From an uncultured virus (IMG/VR IMGVR_UViG_3300005469_000597) (taxonomy: Duplodnaviria; Heunggongvirae; Uroviricota; Caudoviricetes), in IMG/VR virus record IMGVR_UViG_3300005469_000597: DNA of 64,000 nt. One strand, written 5' to 3'. Position 1 is the stretch's first letter. Every line of letters starts with the position of its first letter. Both the position numbers and the translations under genes were made by a program. The notes below the pieces were generated by a model. That model made no database searches. It was not told the origin of the DNA and saw only the letters and a program-made list of their open reading frames with translations. Shown one piece after another: positions 1 through 8,183 of this stretch.

Positions 1-183
1 ATGGCTCTGCTCGGTCACATATTAGGCATAATCATCGTAATTTATAGCATCCTTGTGGTTGTCGCGATGTTTCGTTACGCCCGGAAATTCGACCCGAGCG
101 AGTCGCTGTTTGAAACAGAGATTACGTTCACAGACAAGAAGAAAAGCGAATCGGAAAAAGAAACCAAGACGGATGACGATTAA
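1..183 (+). CDS. Small predicted membrane protein (may extend 5' of window)
   Basis: 60-aa ORF with a hydrophobic N-terminal helix and a charged tail. Confidence 0.5.
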   Translation: MALLGHILGIIIVIYSILVVVAMFRYARKFDPSESLFETEITFTDKKKSESEKETKTDDD

Positions 184-345
184 ACCGTCTTCACCATTTC
201 CTCGAAACGTTTCTGCCTTTCCTCGGCGGTGAGCTGCGGGGCGTTGTTTCGCGGATTGACATCTTTATCCCACGGCAGCGGCAAAAGCTGTCGTGGGGTT
301 ATTTTTTTCCTGACATGCGGCTGGATGTTGATGGCCGCCACCGAT
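180..345 (-). pseudogene. Probable fragment of a phage tail-assembly-chaperone-like gene
   Basis: Peptide AAINIQPHVRKKITPRQLLPLPWD resembles, from memory, small proteins preceding tape-measure genes in Bacteroidales phages; no credible start; 5' part is ychF downstream sequence. Confidence 0.35.
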
Positions 346-408
346 TGAGTTTTTTGTATGCACGGATAAGGTTTAAAACGTACTCTAAGGAGCAAAGCGC
401 AAACTCAA

Positions 409-452
409 CGGGGTCGCCTCAGACTGTATAAATACAGGTTAAGGCGACCCCG
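409..452 (-). terminator. Long hairpin downstream of ychF
   Basis: CGGGGTCGCCT (409-419) / AGGCGACCCCG (442-452) plus inner CTGTAT/ATACAG stem. Confidence 0.6.
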
Positions 453-473
453 ACAATATTGTGAGTGTTTCTT

Positions 474-1577
474 TTACACGTTGAACAGGAAATGCATGAT
501 GTCGCCGTCCTGAGCAACATAGTTTTTCCCTTCGATTGCCATCTTGCCGGCATCACGCACCGCGCTCTCGCTTCCAAGCGTCACATAGTCGTCATACTTG
601 ATAACCTCGGCACGGATAAAGCCCTTTTCAAAATCGGTGTGGATAATCCCGGCACACTGCGGTGCCTTGCTGCCACGGATAAAAGTCCATGCGCGCACCT
701 CATCGGGGCCGGCGGTAAAGAATGTCTGAAGGTTCAACAACGCGTATGCCGCACGGATAAGCCGTGAAACTCCCGATTCTTCAAGGCCGATTTCATTCAG
801 GAACTCCTGACGTTCTTCCCAAGTGTCAAGCTCGGCAATCTCGCTCTCGGTCTGCGCAGCCACAATCATCAGCTCTGCATTTTCACCTTGGATAGATTCT
901 CTCACTGCCTCGACATAGGCATTCCCACTGACGGCCGAGGCATCATCGACATTGCACACATATAATACCGGCTTGGATGTCAGAAGGAATAGTTCGCGTG
1001 CAAATTTTTCCTCATCGGGGGTGTCGAGAGTCACTGACCGAGCGGGTTTCCCTTCTATCAACGCATCATGAAATTTTTTAAGAACCTCATATTGCATCTT
1101 GGCAACCTTGTCACCTCCGGTCTGGGCCTGTTTCTGCGTGCGCGCCATGCGGTTTTCTACAGTTTCAAGGTCTTTTAACTGAAGTTCATAGTCAATTATT
1201 TCCTTATCGCGCACAGGATCCACCGTGCCATCGACATGCGTGATGTTGTCATCGTCAAAACAACGAAGGACATGAAGGATGGCATCGGTCTCGCGGATAT
1301 TGGCCAAAAACTTGTTACCGAGTCCCTCGCCTTTGCTCGCACCTTTGACCAAACCGGCAATATCGACGATTTCAACCGTAGCGGGAACGACACTGCGCGG
1401 TTCACACATCTCGACGAGCTTGTTTAACCGCTCGTCGGGCACGGTGATTACACCTACATTGGGTTCGATTGTACAGAATGGAAAGTTGGCCGACTGAGCC
1501 TTCGCGTTTGACAAGCAATTGAAAAGAGTCGACTTGCCCACATTGGGCAGTCCGACAATACCGCACTGTAATGCCAT
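474..1577 (-). CDS. ychF: Redox-regulated ATPase YchF (Obg family), host gene
   Basis: GIVGLPNVGKST, ANFPFCTIEPN, DIAGLVKGAS, GLGNKFL, TGS-domain C-terminus. Confidence 0.98.
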   Translation of the reverse strand: MALQCGIVGLPNVGKSTLFNCLSNAKAQSANFPFCTIEPNVGVITVPDERLNKLVEMCEPRSVVPATVEIVDIAGLVKGASKGEGLGNKFLANIRETDAILHVLRCFDDDNITHVDGTVDPVRDKEIIDYELQLKDLETVENRMARTQKQAQTGGDKVAKMQYEVLKKFHDALIEGKPARSVTLDTPDEEKFARELFLLTSKPVLYVCNVDDASAVSGNAYVEAVRESIQGENAELMIVAAQTESEIAELDTWEERQEFLNEIGLEESGVSRLIRAAYALLNLQTFFTAGPDEVRAWTFIRGSKAPQCAGIIHTDFEKGFIRAEVIKYDDYVTLGSESAVRDAGKMAIEGKNYVAQDGDIMHFLFNV

Positions 1578-1620
1578 CTAAAATTATGATTGTAGATTAT
1601 TAAGTTCTGAAATTTTAATG

Positions 1621-1628
1621 CAAAGGTA
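1621..1628 (-). promoter_or_regulatory. Bacteroidetes -7 promoter element for ychF
   Basis: TACCTTTG on minus strand matches TAnnTTTG, 43 bp upstream of the ATG. Confidence 0.65.
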
Positions 1629-1889
1629 CGGTTTTTAATGCAATAAAACAAAACTAATGCATTTTGCACCGCACAAACTCCAATTAATGTTAAACAATCC
1701 CGACCTGTCTTATTTCTACTACAAATTTGTCGTAACTCTGCGGTAAAAAAGAGCCTAAATTGCTGAATGGATTGAATTTCAGGAGGAATAATTAGTAATA
1801 TCATTCAGAGACGGCAAGTTTTGAGCGTTTCCGACAACTCAAAAGCAACCCGTTTCGCTAATTTTATTTCCTGAAAATTGTCCGAAATT

Positions 1890-3065
1890 ATGGCTCTTTT
1901 GAACGCAGTAGTGCTCCAGTCGAAGGAGGTCAAGGGCGGCAGAAACAAAGTAAGAATCTCTGTCGCTCACAACGGCGAGACTCGCTACATCGTAACAGAC
2001 ATTATCCTGAACTCTTCCAAGGAGTTCAAAAAGGGTGCCGTGGTCAAACGGCCAGACGCCACCATCCTGAACGTGAAGATTCGCGGACTACTCCAACGCT
2101 ATCAGTCGGCTCTTGATGAGCTTGACTACATCGACGGCCTGACCTGTCCCGAACTGGTGTTCCAGCTCAAGAACGCCGGAAACTACAAGCACCGTACTCT
2201 CAAATCTATCTACGAGGAGTACATGGAAAAGGCTCACATCAAGTCCGGGACGGCTGCCGGGTATCGCAACATCTGGAGAGTCATCAGTCATCACCTTGGG
2301 GAGAAACTATTGGCCGAGAACATCAATCACGGCACAATCCTCGGCCTCGACAAGTATCTCCGTGGACGTGGCCTCAAACTGACTACCGTCCGCAACTATC
2401 TCGTGTTCCTCATGGTGCTTCTCAACTATGCCAAGCGATGCGGTTATGTGCAGTTCCGTGTCGATCCGTTCTTTGGCTACGAGCTGCCAAAGATGGAAGT
2501 CAGGGAGTCGTGGATTTCCGTCGATGAGGTAAGGCGCATCCGAGACCTTGAAAGCACAAAGCCGAACATCATCAAGTGCCGGGACCTATTCATGCTCTCA
2601 TACTATCTCGGCGGCATCAACATGACCGACCTGCTCGACATCAATTTCAACGAGCAATCCGAAATCATCCACTACGTCCGCAAAAAGACCGAGAATCGTC
2701 CCAAACTGAACAAGTTTGTGGAGTTTCGCATTCCTGATGAGGCCAAGGCAATCATCGCCAAATACAAAGGTTCTGACGGTCGATTGGCCGTAACAAAATA
2801 TCAGCGCACGGACGGTATGCACTGCTTCTTCGATGTGAACATGAGGAAGCTGGCCGAACTGACAGGAATAAAGAACCTGATCTACTACTCGGCGCGGAAA
2901 TCATTCAGTCAGCACGCATTCGACCTCGGCATCAGTACAAGCACAATCGACTACATTCTGGGGCATCGCGTAGACAAAGGAGGTACCTCACTCTACAATT
3001 ATATCTCGGTTACACCGGAAATTGCAACAGAGGCCGTGCGTAAAGTGTTGGATAATCTAAAATAA
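1890..3065 (+). CDS. Tyrosine recombinase / phage integrase (Bacteroidetes type)
   Basis: Arm-binding-like N-terminus, RDLFMLSYYLGGIN, RKKT, YSARKSF, LGH and a C-terminal Tyr; ATG 1890 preferred over TTG 1878. Confidence 0.92.
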   Translation: MALLNAVVLQSKEVKGGRNKVRISVAHNGETRYIVTDIILNSSKEFKKGAVVKRPDATILNVKIRGLLQRYQSALDELDYIDGLTCPELVFQLKNAGNYKHRTLKSIYEEYMEKAHIKSGTAAGYRNIWRVISHHLGEKLLAENINHGTILGLDKYLRGRGLKLTTVRNYLVFLMVLLNYAKRCGYVQFRVDPFFGYELPKMEVRESWISVDEVRRIRDLESTKPNIIKCRDLFMLSYYLGGINMTDLLDINFNEQSEIIHYVRKKTENRPKLNKFVEFRIPDEAKAIIAKYKGSDGRLAVTKYQRTDGMHCFFDVNMRKLAELTGIKNLIYYSARKSFSQHAFDLGISTSTIDYILGHRVDKGGTSLYNYISVTPEIATEAVRKVLDNLK

Positions 3066-3078
3066 AGTGTTAACTTTG
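3048..3078 (+). promoter_or_regulatory. Sigma-A-type promoter overlapping the integrase stop
   Basis: TTG (3048-3050) - 20 bp - TAACTTTG (3071-3078). Confidence 0.7.
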
Positions 3079-3082
3079 CGCT

Positions 3083-3162
3083 ATCAATAATTCCATGAGG
3101 GGTTTATTCCTCCTTGGTTTTATTGGTTTGACTTGGCGAGGGGGTGGTTCCCCTCGCTTTTT
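3083..3162 (+). ncRNA. Predicted small antisense RNA A (5' end approximate)
   Basis: Own promoter, small 5' hairpin, seed GGTTTTATTGGTTTGACTT (3116-3134) complementary to six phage mRNA leaders, intrinsic terminator. Confidence 0.6.
3136..3162 (+). terminator. Intrinsic terminator
   Basis: GCGAGGGG-GTGGTT-CCCCTCGC-TTTTT. Confidence 0.85.
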
Positions 3163-3175
3163 ACTTTCCTCAATT

Positions 3176-3442
3176 ATGATACAGACACTGACAACCGACA
3201 CATCATTTGACAAGTACGAGGAATACCGACTGCACATGGAAACGCTGCTCTCGGCATCGCTGACTGATTTCGATATTCCGGGGCGCATTCTGATACCACT
3301 CGGCGACGCAGGCATACGCCGCCTCCGAGACCTTGTGGCAATGACGAAAAAACAACTTCTCTCGGTCAGCCGTATGGGTGTCGTGTCGGTGGAGTTTTTA
3401 GAGAATTTTCTTGCCAAACAGAATCTCTCCCTGAAGAAATAA
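3176..3442 (+). CDS. Stand-alone RNA polymerase alpha-subunit C-terminal-domain-like protein (88 aa)
   Basis: GRILIPLGDAGIRRLRDLVAMTKKQLLSVSRMGVVSVEFLENFL follows the alpha-CTD pattern R..N.L...GI..L.DLV......LL...N.GKKS..E. Confidence 0.7.
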   Translation: MIQTLTTDTSFDKYEEYRLHMETLLSASLTDFDIPGRILIPLGDAGIRRLRDLVAMTKKQLLSVSRMGVVSVEFLENFLAKQNLSLKK

Positions 3443-3527
3443 CAAAGGGCCGACAATCGCCGGCCCTGGGAGCGCCATCACATCATCATCAACATCATCA
3501 CTGACGCTCCACTCCATATTACTAACA
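3436..3527 (-). ncRNA. Predicted small RNA B (ends approximate)
   Basis: TATTTTCG near-consensus -7 box (3532-3539); 9-bp stem with a 24-nt UGAUGAUG loop (3469-3510); 9-bp terminator hairpin (3446-3467) plus U-rich tail; both stems need G-U pairs that form only on the minus strand. Confidence 0.45.
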
Positions 3528-3553
3528 AGTGCGAAAATAATTTGAGTAAGTAT

Positions 3554-3590
3554 AAAAAATGGCTGCGTTTCACAACGTGGCCATTCTTAT
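3554..3590. terminator. Probable bidirectional terminator ending the lysis operon
   Basis: AATGGCTGCGTT-TCAC-AACGTGGCCATT preceded by an A6 run (U-tract on minus). Confidence 0.65.
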
Positions 3591-3633
3591 TATCCGAAAT
3601 AAAACTTTTGAACAAAGGTAAAACACAAATTCT

Positions 3634-4176
3634 CTAACCTATAACCTTCCTAATCAGTTTCAGGAACGGTTTCCTGAAGATATACGCTCCGGCGACAAGT
3701 GCGGTTCCTACGAGATACCAGAAGGCCGACAGCTTGAACTGCTCGGATTTGCTCAGCGATTTCTCGACATAGACTGGGTATGGCTGAGGCACCGGGATTT
3801 CTTTTGTCTTGACGGCCTCATTGTTGTTCTCGGTGGTAGTCTGCGGCACATAGGCTTCTCCGCTCAACTTGACATCCTTATTGACGAGGTTGTGAAAGAG
3901 CGTGCCGTCTGACGTGATCCATGCGTCGCTCACCGCTACGTCGGTCTCGATATGGCTGGTGTCAGTCTCAAAGACGATGTTGCTGACGGACTGCTGAGGC
4001 ACCGGCACATCGACCATTACCGGAACATACTCGGTTTTGATGACGGTCTCGACTCGCACACTGTCGGAGTTGTTGAGAACGATAGGTGCCGGTGGCAATG
4101 TCTGTGCAATTTGCTTGTTGGTGTGGCACGATGTCAGGGCAAACGCGGCCACGAGAATAATCAGGAATTTCTTCAT
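3634..4176 (-). CDS. Lipoprotein, probable unimolecular spanin
   Basis: Lipobox ALTSC, beta-rich middle, C-terminal TM helix; last gene of the lysis cassette. Confidence 0.65.
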   Translation of the reverse strand: MKKFLIILVAAFALTSCHTNKQIAQTLPPAPIVLNNSDSVRVETVIKTEYVPVMVDVPVPQQSVSNIVFETDTSHIETDVAVSDAWITSDGTLFHNLVNKDVKLSGEAYVPQTTTENNNEAVKTKEIPVPQPYPVYVEKSLSKSEQFKLSAFWYLVGTALVAGAYIFRKPFLKLIRKVIG

Positions 4177-4179
4177 GGT

Positions 4180-4839
4180 TCAGACGTTTTTATATTCCTC
4201 CCTGGCATTGAAACCGGGGCAAGGTTTATTGGCAAATTCGTTGTGACCGTGGACGGGCGCTTGGGGATAACGCTTGCGCAGTTCTTTGAGCAGATTGAGG
4301 ATGCTCACTTTCTGCGCCGCAGTTCGGGTATCGAGGCCGATGTTTTGCCAGTTCTTTGTGGTGCTGACAGGACAGCCGCCCTCATAGCAGATGCCGATTG
4401 AGTGAGCGTTGTAGCCGCTGGCGTGGCACCCTCTCACGTTCTCCGGGCGGCAGGCAATGATGGTTCCGTCCTTACGGATGTAGTAATGGTAGCCGATATG
4501 CCATCTTCGTCCGTCCTTGATATAAACCGAGAAATTACGCGAATTATGGCAGGCTTCCAGGGTTTCGATGCCAAAATCCATGTCAATGGGCGTGGCTGCA
4601 TAATGTAGAATAATCATATTGATGGTCCGTGTGTCGCGGACTGCGTCGACGGTCTCATAGCCGAGGCTACTCCATGTCTTCGCTCCGGCGATGCCGTCAA
4701 CGGTCAGGCCGTGGGCCTTCTGGTAAGCCTTGACTGCGGCCTCGGTCTTGAGTCCGAAGATTCCGTCAGCGGTGATGCCGAGTTTTGTTTGCAGGGTCTT
4801 TACTTCGGGGCCTCTGCTCCCTCTCTTGATTGTATTCAT
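4180..4839 (-). CDS. Endolysin: peptidoglycan-binding domain + N-acetylmuramoyl-L-alanine amidase (T7-lysozyme-like)
   Basis: DGIFGLKTEAAVKAYQKAHGL; IILH, IGYHY, SIGICYEGG, GHNE..KPCP. Confidence 0.93.
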   Translation of the reverse strand: MNTIKRGSRGPEVKTLQTKLGITADGIFGLKTEAAVKAYQKAHGLTVDGIAGAKTWSSLGYETVDAVRDTRTINMIILHYAATPIDMDFGIETLEACHNSRNFSVYIKDGRRWHIGYHYYIRKDGTIIACRPENVRGCHASGYNAHSIGICYEGGCPVSTTKNWQNIGLDTRTAAQKVSILNLLKELRKRYPQAPVHGHNEFANKPCPGFNAREEYKNV

Positions 4840-5318
4840 TCTATTTCTTCTTTAGAGTCGAGTTCTGAAAGGTCAATGTCGAAATGACGCTCGGTCTTGT
4901 CAACGAGAATTTTCTGCATTACTTTCGCCCACTTGGCACCGTTACAACTGGACTCGTTCTCCAAGATGGACCATAACTGCCAGAAGCAGATTGCTCCGGC
5001 GGCAATCTTGGTCAGGTCGATGGGGAGGCCGTCGGTAATGTTCTGCTGAATGTAGAATGCCACTATCACAAGGAAGTATGATTTCATGAGCGTGATCAGC
5101 ACCTTGCCGAAATGGGAAGATGCGAATTTGTGGCCGTCTTTACGGACTCTTTCGGGATGGGCTTTCTTCACCCTCTTGCCCAGCTGCCACGCCGTGAAGC
5201 AATCGGCCAGAATAAGCAGAGTGCAGATGAGAATGTACGGAAGTGTGGGCTCCAAAACAGCCAGCACGGCTCCGAGCAACGAGAACAGGGAGCGGAAGAT
5301 GTCAGAAACGTTGTGCAT
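4836..5318 (-). CDS. Holin
   Basis: Several TM segments and a SILEN motif; overlaps the endolysin start (ATGA). Confidence 0.8.
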   Translation of the reverse strand: MHNVSDIFRSLFSLLGAVLAVLEPTLPYILICTLLILADCFTAWQLGKRVKKAHPERVRKDGHKFASSHFGKVLITLMKSYFLVIVAFYIQQNITDGLPIDLTKIAAGAICFWQLWSILENESSCNGAKWAKVMQKILVDKTERHFDIDLSELDSKEEIE

Positions 5319-5336
5319 GATGATGATTGATTTTTG

Positions 5337-5600
5337 TTAGACCATTGAAACGAGAGCTCCGACACCTGAACCGAGCAAAGCACCGATAGCGTCGGCAAGA
5401 ATGTCATTCCAATCCCAACGATTGCCGATGGCACATTTGTCACCATACTCCTTGCCTACACCTATTGCGACACCGGCAATCATACCGGCGAGGAATGAAA
5501 GAGGATATGATGCGCCGAAAGCCGACTCTATGACGGCGGCTGCGGCCGACACTATGAAGCACACTGCCAAATGCTTGATTTTATCTGTTTGGATTTTCAT
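5337..5600 (-). CDS. Small membrane protein
   Basis: DKIKH...GKEYGD...WDWNDILADAIG, hydrophobic; ATG 5600 preferred. Confidence 0.7.
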   Translation of the reverse strand: MKIQTDKIKHLAVCFIVSAAAAVIESAFGASYPLSFLAGMIAGVAIGVGKEYGDKCAIGNRWDWNDILADAIGALLGSGVGALVSMV

Positions 5601-5616
5601 GACATTACTTTTTCGG

Positions 5617-5624
5617 CAAAAGTA
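5617..5624 (-). promoter_or_regulatory. -7 promoter element upstream of the lysis cassette
   Basis: TACTTTTG on minus strand, 16 bp before ATG 5600. Confidence 0.5.
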
Positions 5625-5748
5625 ACGCGCTAACCAACAGCTCCGACGAAATCTAAAATTTTCTAAAACTTGAAATAGCCTAAATCGCGCAATAATAGGC
5701 ACTTCCTAAAAATGCGAAATGGCCCGGCGCATTGCCGAGCCATTAAAT

Positions 5749-6033
5749 CTACTTTGTGAAATTGAAGAAATGTCTACCGAAAATCCGAACACTCTTATAA
5801 TACAGCAGCGCGTTCAGTGAGAGCCAAATCATTCGTCCCGGACTTGTCTCACGCTCATGGATTAACCGGAAGCACCGTCGGAACAATGCACGGTCGGCCG
5901 AGCGTCTGGCTTCAGCGTCTCCGCCACGGTCGTAATCATCATCGTGCATACAGCAGGCGACATAGAAGTATCTTGCGTATGGGGGACGGAGATATTTTAA
6001 TGGCCCTGACGAGCATCCGCACCCGTTACTCAT
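5749..6033 (-). CDS. Small phospholipase A2-like / DUF1353-like protein
   Basis: NGCG, ACCMHDDDY and ADRALF motifs. Confidence 0.55.
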   Translation of the reverse strand: MSNGCGCSSGPLKYLRPPYARYFYVACCMHDDDYDRGGDAEARRSADRALFRRCFRLIHERETSPGRMIWLSLNALLYYKSVRIFGRHFFNFTK

Positions 6034-6517
6034 CGCGCTCGAAAGTCATGCTGTCGGCCAAATCTTTCTCAACCCACCCCTCGTTGAGGACGGTGTTGAT
6101 GTGCTGCATGGCCGAGGTGTAGAAACTGCCGAAATCCTCAAGGCTCTCGAAAGTATAATACACCGGGGTCTCGTCGGTGCCGAACTTGAAGCGCACAGGT
6201 AACGTGGCGCCGCCTGTCTGCACGGCGAGGTCATAGGCGGCCTTGTAGTTGAACTGGTTCTCGGAGGACAGCCACACGGGCATATCCTTCCACACGAACC
6301 CTTCAAGGATTCTGCGGTCGGTCTCCTTATTGATTGTTGCTTTGACAATGGCCCTGATTTCCTCGACGCTCGGTTTGTACTTGAACTTACGGCGCCAGTT
6401 CCAGCCGGTCTCATCGTCGGGGTTGTCTTTTCCGAAGCCGTAGAACAGCTCCCATTTATTGCGGCCGATAGAGTATAAGCCATCCTGCCGCTCTGTTGCT
6501 CCGTATATCTTTTCCAT
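6026..6517 (-). CDS. DUF4376-like tail-fibre-associated protein
   Basis: VWLSSENQFNYKAAYDLA; downstream of the tail-fibre/DGR locus. Confidence 0.55.
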   Translation of the reverse strand: MEKIYGATERQDGLYSIGRNKWELFYGFGKDNPDDETGWNWRRKFKYKPSVEEIRAIVKATINKETDRRILEGFVWKDMPVWLSSENQFNYKAAYDLAVQTGGATLPVRFKFGTDETPVYYTFESLEDFGSFYTSAMQHINTVLNEGWVEKDLADSMTFERDE

Positions 6518-6588
6518 GCGGTTTTGAATTTTCCGCTAATATACAACAAAGAACGGCAGATTGAACGAAATGCTCTCAAAACCGAAAA

Positions 6589-8019
6589 TCAGGTAAACTT
6601 GTATTTCACTTTGTTTCCGTCAAATACCTCACTTTGGATGACGGTTTCAAATGGAAATCCATCCTCCAGGTCGCTCACCTGATCGAGGATGTTTTTCATC
6701 TCTTCGGACGATGTGAAGAACTTGCCCCACTCGCCTGTCTGGGTATCACGGAACGAAACAAGGTAGCGATCCTCACCGTGAGAAGTGTGCATCTCGCTCT
6801 CGAAATCGTGTATCTCCAGACTCTTGTTCTGGAGTGCGCTCAGTCGCATGACTTTGCCGGGGAACCGCTTCTTGCCGTCGGCCGGCGTAAAGACAATTCC
6901 CATCTCAGAAAATTTCTTCATTTTATGATGTGTTAAGATGTAAAACAAATGTTTGCAATCTGCGTGGCACGCCATGCCCTTGAAAGAGCCGATAATCTGC
7001 TGTCGGCGCTTTCGTGACTTGACCTTTGCAAGTTTCCGGGCCGCGTTCTGTTTCACTCGCTTTCGTATGAGTGAATAGACACGGCCAGTCTTGGCATCTC
7101 GGTAGTGTGTATACCCGAGACAGTCAAGACCCTCAGTCATCGGCCGGACTGCGTAATTGGGTTTTACCTGCAAGCCGAGCTTGCTCACCTCATCCATATA
7201 GATGTGCATAAGCCTCCATGCCTCCTTCTTATTGGGCGCGAGGAAATCAGTATCATCACAATAGCTGTAATACAGATAACGCACCTCGACGGTGCCATCA
7301 GGATATGACAGCATATAGTGAGGAACCTCTTGGAGCATACGATGATGAACCGGGTTGAGGTAAAGATTGGCGAGACATTGAGAGGAACGCAGTCCTTTGG
7401 AGAGTCCCTTTGGCATCAAGGTTATGAAGCGGTCTATGATTTTGAGCAGAATTTGGTCTGAAATGAAAGTACGGATTGTTGCTTTCATACCCTCTTGGGG
7501 GATATTGTCATAATATCCCACTATATCGGTCTGCCCATAGCACTGACTCATTTCAGGTGCAGCCACTAAATCGTCTTCTAAGATATGGTGGAGCCAGTGC
7601 ATACCACGGCCTTTGATACTGGCCGCCGTGTTCTTTATGAGTGCCGGGCGCGTGTACTTCTCAACGACAACCATAATGGCATTGATGCCTATACGCTTGA
7701 TAATGTTAGGAGCTTGCACGTCCCTCTCCTTGGGCCCATCCTTAACATGAATATCCTGAACATCAGCACGAGTGATTGAAAATTCACCCGTCTCTATCTC
7801 ACGTTTTAGAATATTATAGACCCTATCCCTCCATGCGTAATAACGATTCCAGCGCTCCTGAATCTGAGGGTCGCTGTCATCAAGAGTTTTATCTGGCCGG
7901 AACCTATCGCGTTGGTGCTTGCATTCGAGATGATCGATTACATAGTCTATGCTTGCGTATAAGTTCTCCCGGCTGACAATCTCGGGGATAAGATTGTCAA
8001 GAGGATATTCTATCTCCAT
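6589..8019 (-). CDS. DGR reverse transcriptase with a ~110-aa C-terminal extension
   Basis: KERDV, ASIKGRG, DIVGYYDNI, GLSKGLRSSQ, YCDD, LDCLGY; adjacent TR/VR pair. Confidence 0.95.
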   Translation of the reverse strand: MEIEYPLDNLIPEIVSRENLYASIDYVIDHLECKHQRDRFRPDKTLDDSDPQIQERWNRYYAWRDRVYNILKREIETGEFSITRADVQDIHVKDGPKERDVQAPNIIKRIGINAIMVVVEKYTRPALIKNTAASIKGRGMHWLHHILEDDLVAAPEMSQCYGQTDIVGYYDNIPQEGMKATIRTFISDQILLKIIDRFITLMPKGLSKGLRSSQCLANLYLNPVHHRMLQEVPHYMLSYPDGTVEVRYLYYSYCDDTDFLAPNKKEAWRLMHIYMDEVSKLGLQVKPNYAVRPMTEGLDCLGYTHYRDAKTGRVYSLIRKRVKQNAARKLAKVKSRKRRQQIIGSFKGMACHADCKHLFYILTHHKMKKFSEMGIVFTPADGKKRFPGKVMRLSALQNKSLEIHDFESEMHTSHGEDRYLVSFRDTQTGEWGKFFTSSEEMKNILDQVSDLEDGFPFETVIQSEVFDGNKVKYKFT

Positions 8020-8183
8020 AGCCTTCAGGGCTCTTAGTTATGTTCCGGCTTTCTCCGGACTGATGTCCGCAAGGGTTGCCGAGGCTCGAACTTCTCGCCT
8101 CTTTCATCGTCATACATGACAGTCGCAGGGTGGCGATTATATAACAAAAGGCGACTATTCGCCTCTATTATAGTCCTCAATGT

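Noticed and set aside
1630..1889. attL site
   Set aside because: Likely in this interval, but the partner att copy is outside the window, so no core repeat can be supported
3070..3134. Motif at 3116-3134 as leader of a minus-strand gene
   Set aside because: The next minus-strand ATG gives only MELLIAQS; promoter and terminator polarity are both + strand
3095..3175. N-terminal extension of the alpha-CTD-like ORF from ATG 3095
   Set aside because: Runs through a terminator hairpin; ATG 3176 gives a compact domain. Cannot be fully excluded
6589..8019. RT as group II intron, retron or Abi RT
   Set aside because: Adjacent TR/VR pair with adenine-only mismatches identifies a DGR; no intron or msr/msd features seen
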